In this document: positions 8,822 to 16,554 of the stretch, piece after piece
How the letters are laid out: each line of letters starts with the position of its first letter
Numbering within the stretch: position 1 is the first letter of the stretch
Virus record (IMG/VR): IMGVR_UViG_3300044670_002562
From: an uncultured virus (IMG/VR IMGVR_UViG_3300044670_002562)
Taxonomy: Duplodnaviria > Heunggongvirae > Uroviricota > Caudoviricetes
DNA: 20,000 bases
Strand: one strand, 5' to 3'
The notes under the pieces: generated by a model
The model's database searches: none
What the model was told of the DNA's origin: nothing
The model's input: the letters and a program-made list of their open reading frames with translations, nothing else
Position numbers and translations under genes: made by a program

Positions 8822-9954
8822 TACATCCTCTCTTGGACTGCTTTAGGCAGTGCCTTTTTGCTAAGGTCTATGTCTTGCTTTAGGGTGATGGGGTTCCCTA
8901 GGAGTATATCTAAGATGTTCTTTACTAGGTGCTTATTCCGCTCTATCTCTCTGGATCTATTCTTCCCTAGGATTCCTTTTTTAGCCGTATCTTCAGCTGA
9001 GGCGTTACTGTACCCGCCACCGCCCATGCTCTGACTCGTCTTAGGGACGTCCTCTTTGTATCCCTCCCCTCCTCTGTAGTTCTCGTAGTCCCATCGATCT
9101 GCGACTCGAGCTATATCGCTTCCTTTGTCCCTAGTCGCGCGGAATCCCCCTATAAACCCCTTCGAATCCTCTATGAATTCCTTATCTCCCTTAGTCCGTA
9201 CTTTCTTTTCCAAGGGTATGTGTTTATAATGAGGGTTGGGATGGTAACCGTGGAACTTAGCCTTTACCTCAGCGTCAAGTTCTTTCCTATAGGGATCGTC
9301 TTTCTTGTATCGCCATGTCTTCGGATCTTGTTTGTCGACATCGAAGTATTCTGACATCTTGGACTCGTCTACAGGTAGGTCGAAGTATGCTCTTTGAGCC
9401 AGCATCCTTTTTTCCGTTTCCTCGTTTACCTTTGCAGACTCGGTATTCCACAAAGGCTCTCCCTTTATAACCTTGGCCAACGTCTTACGTAGCCCTATAT
9501 CCTTAACGGACTTGTCAAAGTTCTTCTTTATCTCTGAAGAGTCGTAGCCTACCGGCTTTTTAAGAGATACGAAGGGCCTCCCCAAGGCTCTGCGTATAGG
9601 ACGCATAAGAGGGTTCTTGCGTAGAGCGTCTCCTACCTTCCGTAGTCTAGGATCCTGTTCGATCTTACGAAGGATGTCTCCGGCTTCCCCTGGGTTGGCT
9701 CTGTAGTGATCTATGCGCTTCTTTACTGCATCGCCTGCAGCTGCTCCTCCGAAGCCTCCTGCAAGGCCTCCTACGGCTCCTGAGGCGACATAGCTCATCC
9801 AATCGCCCTCATACCCCGTCATCTTAGATAGGATGAAATTAGCTAGTGTTCCGGACCCTATGCCTAAAGCAGCTCCGATAGCTGCCGATATCTGTGTGGC
9901 TGAGGGAGCAGCCTCTTTACTCATGTATCCTTGGAGGTATGCTTGGTTATCCAC
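8821..9954 (-). CDS. Hypothetical putative virion protein with leader motif and Gly-zipper insert, tandem paralog of 10020..11021
   Basis: GTG start, MDNQAYLQGYMSKEAA, long stretches identical to the neighbouring gene. Confidence 0.85.
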   Translation of the reverse strand: MDNQAYLQGYMSKEAAPSATQISAAIGAALGIGSGTLANFILSKMTGYEGDWMSYVASGAVGGLAGGFGGAAAGDAVKKRIDHYRANPGEAGDILRKIEQDPRLRKVGDALRKNPLMRPIRRALGRPFVSLKKPVGYDSSEIKKNFDKSVKDIGLRKTLAKVIKGEPLWNTESAKVNEETEKRMLAQRAYFDLPVDESKMSEYFDVDKQDPKTWRYKKDDPYRKELDAEVKAKFHGYHPNPHYKHIPLEKKVRTKGDKEFIEDSKGFIGGFRATRDKGSDIARVADRWDYENYRGGEGYKEDVPKTSQSMGGGGYSNASAEDTAKKGILGKNRSREIERNKHLVKNILDILLGNPITLKQDIDLSKKALPKAVQERM

Positions 9955-10019
9955 GCCCGTTACTTATCCTCTTCAATGTCCTGCTATCTCTGTGTAAGTT
10001 TTCTCTATACCTTGCGCGA

Positions 10020-11021
10020 TCATTTTTTTAGCCTATCCTGGACTGCTCTAGGCAGTGCCTTCCTGCTAATGTCTATGTCTTGCTTTAGGGTGATGGGGTT
10101 CCCTAGGAGTATATCTAAGATGTTCTTTACTAGGTGCTTATTCCGCTCTATCTCTCTGGATCTATTCTTCCCTATGATTCCTTTATAAGCCGTATCTTCA
10201 GCTGAGGCGTTATTGTACCCTCTGCCTGCGCCAGAAAACCACGCCTTAGGGACGTCCTCTCTGTATCCTTCCCCTCCTCTGTAGTTCTCGTAGTCCCATC
10301 GATCTGCGACTCGAGCTATATCGCTTCCTTTGTCCCTAGTCGCGCGGTATCCTGCTATAAACTTTTTCGTACCCTCTACGAATTCCTTATCTCCCTTAGT
10401 CTGTACTTTCTTTTCCATGGGTTCATACTTATAACGAGGGCGGTGATTGTATCCGTGGAACTTAGCCTTTACCTCAGCGTCAAGGTATTTCCTATAGGGA
10501 TCGTCTTTCTTGTATCGCCATGTCTTAGGGTCTTCTTTATCGACATCGAAGTGCTCCGACATCTTAGACTCGTCTAGAGGTAGGTCGAAGTATGCTCTTG
10601 CCGCCAGCATCCTTTTCTTCATTTCCGCACTCATATCTGAATCGGCGGTCTCAGTGTCCCATAGGCGTTTTCCCTGTATGACCTTAGCAAGGGTCTTACG
10701 TAGCCCGATATCCTTAACAGACTTGTCAAAGTTCTTCTTTATCTCTGAAGAGTCGTAGCCTACCGGCTTCTTAAGAGATACAAGGGGCTTTCCTAGTGCT
10801 CTGCGTATAGGGCGCATAATAGAGCTTTTACGTAGGGCATCCCCTACATTACGTAGTATAGGCTCCTGTTCGATCTTACGAAGGATGTCTCCAACTTTTT
10901 TAGGATTATCTTTGTAATGGTCTATGTTCTCCTGCACTGTGTCTTTTAATTTCTTAAAAGACATAGCGATAGGACCAGCCTCTTTACTCATGTATCCCTG
11001 GAGGTATGCTTGTTTATACAT
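10020..11021 (-). CDS. Hypothetical putative virion protein with leader motif, tandem paralog of 8821..9954
   Basis: MYKQAYLQGYMSKEAG. Shared blocks such as VSLKKPVGYDSSEIKKNFDKSVKDIGLRKTLAKVI and RATRDKGSDIARVADRWDYENYRGGEGY. Confidence 0.85.
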   Translation of the reverse strand: MYKQAYLQGYMSKEAGPIAMSFKKLKDTVQENIDHYKDNPKKVGDILRKIEQEPILRNVGDALRKSSIMRPIRRALGKPLVSLKKPVGYDSSEIKKNFDKSVKDIGLRKTLAKVIQGKRLWDTETADSDMSAEMKKRMLAARAYFDLPLDESKMSEHFDVDKEDPKTWRYKKDDPYRKYLDAEVKAKFHGYNHRPRYKYEPMEKKVQTKGDKEFVEGTKKFIAGYRATRDKGSDIARVADRWDYENYRGGEGYREDVPKAWFSGAGRGYNNASAEDTAYKGIIGKNRSREIERNKHLVKNILDILLGNPITLKQDIDISRKALPRAVQDRLKK

Positions 11022-11030
11022 GCCCTCTAC

Positions 11031-11690
11031 TTATCCTCTGAATAATTTTTGAGTAACCGCTACCGGAGTTAAAAGTAGAAATTTGTTATCCGGCATCAAA
11101 TCCATCCACTTCTGGTCTAGCGCAAGTCCTCGTAAATGGCGTCTTTGTATAGGGAGCTGTCTGCTCGTCCGCGAACGCACTACTGCCTTGATAAGTTGAA
11201 GGGACTCTACAAACTTGTCTTTAAGTTTAGAAATAAATGAGTCCCTTACAAGGTAGGCGTGCGTTTGAAAACATTTTGTTACTTGTACGCAGTCTTCATC
11301 CCGTTTAGTAAAAGGGGGATGGTTGTCGCCTCCTAGTAACATAACATCCCAGTCTGGGTGATTAGCGTGAACTCGTGTTGCTTGTTCAAGCGTTTTACGG
11401 GGATAGTGAAAATTAGCATCGTCCTCTAGAATACAGACGTACTTTGGAACAGGCGTTTGCTGTAGAGCTAATGCAAGGATCTCTATGTGCGACTGGGCAA
11501 CCCAGTAGCTACCTCGAGTCTCTCCTCTGGTTGCCGGATGCCTACATGCGCTGATCCCTAGGTTATTTATCTGGGAAATAATGTGCTCTTCCCGTTCCGG
11601 CTGACTATCAAGGTTTATATACCGGGTGTATTCGAAGAGGTCGTCGACGCTAGCGGCTGTTTCCTTTGGCTCTGTACTCGGCGTAGTCAT
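11031..11690 (-). CDS. Glycosyltransferase family 25 (LgtB/Lic2A-like)
   Basis: YINLDSQPER, SHIEIL, ILEDDA, WDVMLLG, THAYLV and LDQKW motifs. Confidence 0.85.
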   Translation of the reverse strand: MTTPSTEPKETAASVDDLFEYTRYINLDSQPEREEHIISQINNLGISACRHPATRGETRGSYWVAQSHIEILALALQQTPVPKYVCILEDDANFHYPRKTLEQATRVHANHPDWDVMLLGGDNHPPFTKRDEDCVQVTKCFQTHAYLVRDSFISKLKDKFVESLQLIKAVVRSRTSRQLPIQRRHLRGLALDQKWMDLMPDNKFLLLTPVAVTQKLFRG

Positions 11691-11878
11691 CGATCCTCTG
11701 AGTAGTATTCGAATCCGTAGTCGTAGCTTTGCGGAGAGTCGCCGCTAGGAGGCTGTGGTCTCAGGTGATCTATAAGAGCAAAAGATCCCATAAGCGTTGT
11801 AAAGAAAATAAATATCGCTGCTAGCAGTGCAATGACTGAGCCTATCTCCTGCTCGTATGCCTCTTCGTCTTCGTACAT
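11687..11878 (-). CDS. Small single-pass membrane protein
   Basis: Hydrophobic IGSVIALLAAIFIFFTTLMGSFALI. Stop overlaps the GT25 start (ATGA). Confidence 0.6.
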   Translation of the reverse strand: MYEDEEAYEQEIGSVIALLAAIFIFFTTLMGSFALIDHLRPQPPSGDSPQSYDYGFEYYSEDR

Positions 11879-11910
11879 CGCTCTACCCTATGTTGTCCGT
11901 GCGTCTGTCG

Positions 11911-13203
11911 TCATTGAGTCCTAGCTCTACCCCGTCTGCGTGCTGTATTCTTATTTTTTTTATGTCTTATCTTCTTCTTATTGCTATTATTATTTTTAGG
12001 CCACTTATTCTCTATGGCTTTTTTAAGGTAGTTTGTTTTCAGATCACCAAACCGCCGGACGGGGGCCCACTTAACGCTATCGGCAATGGCCCTCTCTCGG
12101 TTCATGCCGTCTCTAGCCAAGTATTCTTTAACTTTACCCCTGAAACTCTCGTTTAAGCCTCCGGTTGGCTGGTTTTTCATCTTGGCGGTGGTTGGCTGGT
12201 TTTTCATCTTGGCGGTGATGGCCGCATGGTATTGACGGAGAGCGAGGATACTGGGGTCGTTCCCCTTTATACGTCCAGCACTGATAGCCTCCTGCGCCTC
12301 CTTCTTCTTTCTGTTGAAGGAACCCGTTAGTTCCGCGATACTCCTACTGGCAACGTACTTATTGATAGCCACCTGCTGGGTGTTTATTTTTCGGTCGGAC
12401 AACTTCTGTGCGTCTAGCTCTCTCTTAGTCCGAGCCTGCTGCCCTCCCTCGGATGCCTCCAGTCCGTGCCGCTCCATAAGCTTCGTTATGCGAGGATCGT
12501 TCGGATTCTGGTTATACAGGTGCCTGACTGCCTTCTTCTGCTCATCTGTTAGCAGCGTGTGCTTAGCGACGGGATTGACTTCCTGTATGCCTCTGGATTG
12601 CAGGAGATCTCGCGCAACTGCCGTTGGGTTAACCACTCCCTTACCTGTCGCGGACAGGGGCGTCTGCTTTGTATTTGCCAAGTGCATGAGGGCTTTGCGC
12701 TGATCGGGCGTGAACACCCTTTCGCTATCGGAGAGACCTAAGGCCTTCCGTTTTGCGTCTAGTGCGGGGGTTGTGTGTCCTGTGTCTGTTCTGCCGTACA
12801 TAGCGATCTGGTCAGCTCTGGGGGTTATCTCCCACCTACTGCCGGCCCTGTCGTAGATAGTGGACTGAGGGACAGCCCTCAGAGGGACTCCGCCTGTCTG
12901 CTTGTTCAGGGGAGCTCGTCCGGAAATACTAGGACGTCCGATTACTCCGTAAGGGGTGCGGACCATATTACCGGGAGTAAAGCGCTGCCTCTCTTGTCGA
13001 CCCTTTCTCGCCTGGTTACGCAAGTCGGTAATATAGGACGATGTCTGTCTAGGTGCGTTGACAGACGTTCCTACTCCCTCATAGGCCGCATCGAACACGT
13101 TCGAGCCCTTACTTCGTGTAGAGCCCTTTGCTCTTCCCCATGAGCTAGTGCCGAGGTCTCCTTCCTTGTCTAAGTATCCCCGGAGGTATGCTTCTTTATT
13201 CAT
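11911..13203 (-). CDS. Hypothetical basic protein with leader motif (putative internal/DNA-associated virion protein)
   Basis: MNKEAYLRGYLDKEG, very Lys/Arg-rich C-terminus, GAGG RBS. Confidence 0.8.
   Translation of the reverse strand: MNKEAYLRGYLDKEGDLGTSSWGRAKGSTRSKGSNVFDAAYEGVGTSVNAPRQTSSYITDLRNQARKGRQERQRFTPGNMVRTPYGVIGRPSISGRAPLNKQTGGVPLRAVPQSTIYDRAGSRWEITPRADQIAMYGRTDTGHTTPALDAKRKALGLSDSERVFTPDQRKALMHLANTKQTPLSATGKGVVNPTAVARDLLQSRGIQEVNPVAKHTLLTDEQKKAVRHLYNQNPNDPRITKLMERHGLEASEGGQQARTKRELDAQKLSDRKINTQQVAINKYVASRSIAELTGSFNRKKKEAQEAISAGRIKGNDPSILALRQYHAAITAKMKNQPTTAKMKNQPTGGLNESFRGKVKEYLARDGMNRERAIADSVKWAPVRRFGDLKTNYLKKAIENKWPKNNNSNKKKIRHKKNKNTARRRGRARTQ
12163..12217. repeat. 27 bp tandem duplication in CDS (TAKMKNQPT x2)
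   Basis: ggttggctggtttttcatcttggcggt repeated twice, in frame. Confidence 0.9.
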
Positions 13204-13253
13204 CTTAGTCCTCTAGCCATTGTATGCCTCTCTCTCTGCCGGATGGCGAGGCT

Positions 13254-13487
13254 TTAGTCTCGGTGTCTGTTAGTAGCTGATATTACCCGGATGAGTTCCC
13301 GTATCACTTGGTTATTCTCCCGGACCACGCTGGTCGTCTCTTCCGACATCTTCTTAGAGTCCTTACGCCACTCTCGCCGCTCCTCAGCGTGCCTGTCTCC
13401 TGATTTGTTGAACAGCCATAGGAGAACTCCCGCGAACGCTAGAGCAATGCCGTGATCTTTAGCGATCAGTATGATATCTGCTAGCAT
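13254..13487 (-). CDS. Small membrane protein, BhlA/UviB-like holin candidate
   Basis: N-terminal TM (GIALAFAGVLLWLF) followed by a charged coiled coil, 77 aa. Confidence 0.55.
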   Translation of the reverse strand: MLADIILIAKDHGIALAFAGVLLWLFNKSGDRHAEERREWRKDSKKMSEETTSVVRENNQVIRELIRVISATNRHRD

Positions 13488-13531
13488 CTCCTATGCTCTC
13501 CTTGCACTGTTGGTGCTACCTCTTTTTTTAT

Positions 13532-13840
13532 CTATCGGATACTCTGTAGCGTACGGTATAGATGGTACGTTGTCCACGAGGTTGCGAAGAACATGACGAG
13601 CCGTATGTACGATTGGAGTTCGACGCTCCACCCATCGAGCCACCCGAAGTGGGCCGCTGTCGCGAACACCAAGGTCCCGAATCCTATGATGGCCTCGCCT
13701 ACTAGCTGAAAGCTGATGGCCCTCGCTAATCCTTGATCCTTGTCGAGAAGCTCCTTATGATATTGCGCGAACCGGATCGATACTGCTCCCGATAATACAA
13801 CTGTCGCTATACCCATAGCGAAGATGAGAAATGTAACCAC
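13532..13840 (-). CDS. Three-TM membrane protein
   Basis: Three hydrophobic segments, GTG start. Confidence 0.7.
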   Translation of the reverse strand: MVTFLIFAMGIATVVLSGAVSIRFAQYHKELLDKDQGLARAISFQLVGEAIIGFGTLVFATAAHFGWLDGWSVELQSYIRLVMFFATSWTTYHLYRTLQSIR

Positions 13841-13971
13841 CTATATACCCCTGTTGATGTCTGCCTCTACTCGCAAAACGCTATACGCTCCTACCTATGC
13901 GCCGGATCTGTCTCTATTACAGAGAGGAGGTCATTTAGCATACGTATTCCATATTAGGCTGCGTTTCATCT

Positions 13972-14298
13972 CTATTCTCCGATTCCTCGGAGATCCGGAG
14001 GTACGCTAGGTCCTAGCCCTCTATCAAAGCGAGCTTCGTCGATCATCTGCCGAGTCCAGGAATGGAGCTTCCAGTGCTTACTCAGTTGAGCGTCCTGTAG
14101 TCTGTCTGTCTCGGACTTATCCCCTGCCTCATCTACCGCAGCCTGTAGCACCTGCAGCTGGACCTGAAGGACCTGCCGCTGGGCGTTGCCCGCATAGATC
14201 TCCTTAAGAGCAAAGGATGAGAAGCCCAGACATATAGTCATCAAGACTCCCATCACTATGTTGAAAGGATTAGTACTCCTTCGATCTGAGGTAGGCAT
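13972..14298 (-). CDS. Membrane-anchored coiled-coil protein
   Basis: N-terminal TM IVMGVLMTICLGFSSFAL followed by QVLQVQLQVLQ. Confidence 0.7.
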   Translation of the reverse strand: MPTSDRRSTNPFNIVMGVLMTICLGFSSFALKEIYAGNAQRQVLQVQLQVLQAAVDEAGDKSETDRLQDAQLSKHWKLHSWTRQMIDEARFDRGLGPSVPPDLRGIGE

Positions 14299-14305
14299 TA
14301 TCTTG

Positions 14306-14638
14306 CTATCCTCTCAGAGGAGTTCTAAAAGCCTCTACACTTTTAGGATCAAACCGAATGCCGGTGAGAAGGCCTTGCGGATCATTAAAAGCAATAGGAG
14401 AGTCTCGGAGTCCGGGGAAAAGCCCTGGTCTACATTTGAGAGCTAGTGCGATGTTAGCAGGATTACCGCAGGCTTCTTTCTGCTGTAGACGAGAGGCGAG
14501 TTTTTCTCTCAGTCTTGTAAGAACAAGATCTTCTTTATTCTTAGCTGCTTCTTTAGCCATACTATTTTGCTTCTTATAAGCATTAGAGGCTACCTGCAAT
14601 CCTTCTGTGCATTTAGCAATAAGCGATGAGTTAGTCAT
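14306..14638 (-). CDS. Hypothetical protein (110 aa)
   Basis: Co-oriented ORF with AAGG RBS. Contains LQQKEA. Confidence 0.7.
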   Translation of the reverse strand: MTNSSLIAKCTEGLQVASNAYKKQNSMAKEAAKNKEDLVLTRLREKLASRLQQKEACGNPANIALALKCRPGLFPGLRDSPIAFNDPQGLLTGIRFDPKSVEAFRTPLRG

Positions 14639-14748
14639 TAGGGTATGTACCTTATGTTATAGGTTACTTCTTTTAGTCTTACCGGTTTAGCGCATAGTTT
14701 AGCTTAGAGTCCGTTTTCCGGAACCTATCGTAGATAGGTTGTTGCTAA

Positions 14749-15252
14749 TTACTGCTTCTTTTTACCTCTAAGCTTAGCCAGAAGGAATTCTCCGATAGGT
14801 CCGGCCGGTTTGCCTTTAGCCTTAGCCTTAGCCTTAGTCTTAGTCGAAGGAGGTCCGCCGGCCATGCCGCCGTGGTGTCCTTGCATCACACGAAGATTTT
14901 TGTGTTCCCCGTAATTTATCGATCCATCAGGCTCTGTTTTCGATGTAACAGCGTCTGCCAGAATAGAGGACTTTTCCTCTGCGGGACTGGGTGACTCGTA
15001 GCTATTACCTTTATCTTTGCCTAGCTTATCCCACCACAGGCCTGGGAACTGTGCTGCGGACTTCTCCTGCTGCTCGTCTTCTTCTTTCCGCTCCTCTTCA
15101 GGAGCGTTGCTACGAAGAAGCTCGAAGTCCTCTTCATCGATCTTACCGTTATCGTTGGCGTCGATCTCGTGTTGATTACCGGTAAGCTCTGCTCGCTTCT
15201 GCAAGGCGATAAGCTTGTCCATACTCTTGCGGACCAGGTTGCTGCTAGCCAT
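14749..15252 (-). CDS. Hypothetical protein with single EF-hand-like motif
   Basis: AAGGAG RBS. DANDNGKIDEED is a canonical DxDxNGxIDxxD loop. Confidence 0.75.
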   Translation of the reverse strand: MASSNLVRKSMDKLIALQKRAELTGNQHEIDANDNGKIDEEDFELLRSNAPEEERKEEDEQQEKSAAQFPGLWWDKLGKDKGNSYESPSPAEEKSSILADAVTSKTEPDGSINYGEHKNLRVMQGHHGGMAGGPPSTKTKAKAKAKGKPAGPIGEFLLAKLRGKKKQ

Positions 15253-15412
15253 CTGTATGCTCCTTATGTTTAGCTGTACTGTTTGGGATCACTGCCTTAC
15301 ATATAGAAAACCAGAGGTCTATACTCCAGGATATTGCTAGTGTAGGCATATTTACTATATGCGGAGGAACGTCTGCTGCAACGTAAAGCAGAGAGTAGTT
15401 CATCTTATAGCT

Positions 15413-15442
15413 AAAAAAAAGACTAGGGGGTTTATCCCCCTA
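15413..15442 (-). terminator. Rho-independent terminator overlapping the upstream hairpin
   Basis: TAGGGGG-ATAAA-CCCCCTA-GTC-T8 on the - strand. Confidence 0.7.
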
Positions 15443-15501
15443 CTGCGCTAGAGCATGCTACCTGGGAATCTCTCTAGGTATATATCTCTAACGCAGTAGG
15501 G
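15438..15501 (-). ncRNA. Conserved long hairpin with internal loop, copy a (candidate structured RNA)
   Basis: CCCTACTGCG-TTAGAG-ATATA-TACCTAG...CCAGGTA-GCATG-CTCTAG-CGCAGTAGGG. Confidence 0.55.
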
Positions 15502-15509
15502 AGTGCGGT

Positions 15510-15872
15510 TTACCAGTAGTCGTCGTCGTCGTCGTCGTCGATGCTGACGACGATCGGGCTCGAGCAACCGTTGGAGAAGAACCGAATCGGGGGTTCTTCG
15601 ACTTCGGCGGCGGACTCCTCGGCCTTGGGCTCTTCGACTTCGGCGGCGGACTCCTCGGCCTTGGGCTCGGTGATGAGCAGGTGGGCAAGCGATGTCATGG
15701 AAATTTCCATGACAAGGCCGTACCTGACTGCGCCGGCGGAGAACCCGAGAGCTTCCTCGACACTCGAGAAGGTCTTGCGTCCGTAACGGTGGCCGTAACG
15801 GTGGACATAGTCGGTGCCCTCAGTCGCCGGCAGCAGCCAGCTTACCTGAAATTTTTCTTCACTAGCTTTCAT
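15510..15872 (-). CDS. Hypothetical acidic protein (120 aa) with internal repeat and poly-Asp tail
   Basis: AAGGAGG RBS, first gene after a promoter cassette, EPKAEESAAEVE x2, DDDDDDDYW end. Confidence 0.8.
   Translation of the reverse strand: MKASEEKFQVSWLLPATEGTDYVHRYGHRYGRKTFSSVEEALGFSAGAVRYGLVMEISMTSLAHLLITEPKAEESAAEVEEPKAEESAAEVEEPPIRFFSNGCSSPIVVSIDDDDDDDYW
15597..15668. repeat. 36 bp tandem duplication in CDS
   Basis: ttcgacttcggcggcggactcctcggccttgggctc x2. Confidence 0.92.
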
Positions 15873-15940
15873 TTTTTACCTCCTTGCGGTAATAGGCAAT
15901 GAAGAGCCCGTTCAGTGCTCTAGCTATTATATCTAGGATA

Positions 15941-16046
15941 CACCAAGTATATATGCCCTAAAAAGCCCCTAAAATTAAGCTCTTTTATGTATAGTTTATA
16001 CGTATTTAGCATACGTATGCTAGGTCATCTTATAGCTAAAAAAAAG
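15941..16046 (-). promoter_or_regulatory. ~105 bp repeated regulatory cassette, copy 1 (T-tract, palindromic operator, putative early promoter)
   Basis: - strand T8-AGCTATAAGATG...TAGCATACGTATGCTA...AGCTTAATTTTAGGGGCTTTTTAGGGCATATATACTTGGTG. Recurs at 17049, 18180 and 18864. Confidence 0.85.
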
Positions 16047-16126
16047 ACTAGGGGGGTTAGTCCCCTACTGCGCTAGAGCATGCTACCTGGGAATCTCTCC
16101 AGGTATATATCTCTAACGCAGTAGGG
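16025..16126. repeat. ~100 bp direct repeat, copy 2
   Basis: Near-identical to 15400-15501. Confidence 0.92.
16038..16067 (-). terminator. Rho-independent terminator overlapping the upstream hairpin
   Basis: TAGGGG...CCCCTA-GTC-T8 on the - strand. Confidence 0.65.
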
Positions 16127-16127
16127 G
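16062..16127 (-). ncRNA. Conserved long hairpin with internal loop, copy b
   Basis: Same fold as copy a, inner stem TACCTGG/CCAGGTA perfect. Confidence 0.55.
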
Positions 16128-16139
16128 TATTGTTTCCGA

Positions 16140-16197
16140 TCCTGCATTAAAGCATGCTACCTAGGAAAATCTCTAGGTATGTATCTCTAATGCAGGA
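16140..16197 (-). ncRNA. Conserved long hairpin with internal loop, copy c (diverged, compensatory changes)
   Basis: TCCTGCATTA-GAG-ATACA-TACCTAG...CTAGGTA-GCATG-CTT-TAATGCAGGA. Confidence 0.55.
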
Positions 16198-16226
16198 CTG
16201 GCTCCCTTTACCCTGGGCATAAGGTT

Positions 16227-16258
16227 CAGCTCCGGTTTAACGCCCTTCAGCTAGGCGT
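16227..16258 (-). repeat. 32 bp exact direct repeat A, copy 1 (pseudoknot-like)
   Basis: - strand ACGCCTAGCTGAAGGGCGTTAAACCGGAGCTG, identical at 16555-16586. Looser similarity extends to about 16200 and 16527. Confidence 0.9.
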
Positions 16259-16298
16259 AGGGACAGTTATCGCACATGTCCAGGTGGAGCCTTGGAGC

Positions 16299-16490
16299 TT
16301 ATGCCCCTTTTTCGGCTCGGGCCTTCCGCCGACGCGCAGTTTTCACTGCGTCGTTAGCGGCCGACGGCCGGAGTCCCAGCAAAGACATCAAGTCTTTCTT
16401 GATGTCCCGGGAACGCCAGCGGTCGAAGAGTCGGCGCTTGGCATACTCGTATGCCTTTTCGCGCCGCTCTTGGCGTTGAGTTTTCGTCAT
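16299..16490 (-). CDS. Small basic protein, possible helix-turn-helix-like DNA binder (63 aa)
   Basis: GAGGAG RBS, Arg/Lys-rich, flanked by repeat A copies. Confidence 0.7.
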   Translation of the reverse strand: MTKTQRQERREKAYEYAKRRLFDRWRSRDIKKDLMSLLGLRPSAANDAVKTARRRKARAEKGA

Positions 16491-16554
16491 ATTAACGACT
16501 CCTCATCACCGGGTACCGCCCGGCTCGGTTCCCTTGACCCTGAGCAAGCGGGTA

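Larger units (their letters stand above)
15400..15501. repeat. ~100 bp direct repeat, copy 1 (terminator plus long hairpin), partner at 16025-16126
   Basis: Near-identical to 16025-16126 with only a few substitutions. Confidence 0.92.

Noticed and set aside
15955..15975. Telomeric TTTAGGG repeats
   Set aside because: Only two units at 11 bp spacing inside a promoter-like cassette.
15438..16197. Integron attC sites
   Set aside because: The GTTAGAG and CTCTAAC-like boxes are in the opposite order to attC (RYYYAAC first, GTTRRRY last), and no integrase is in the window.
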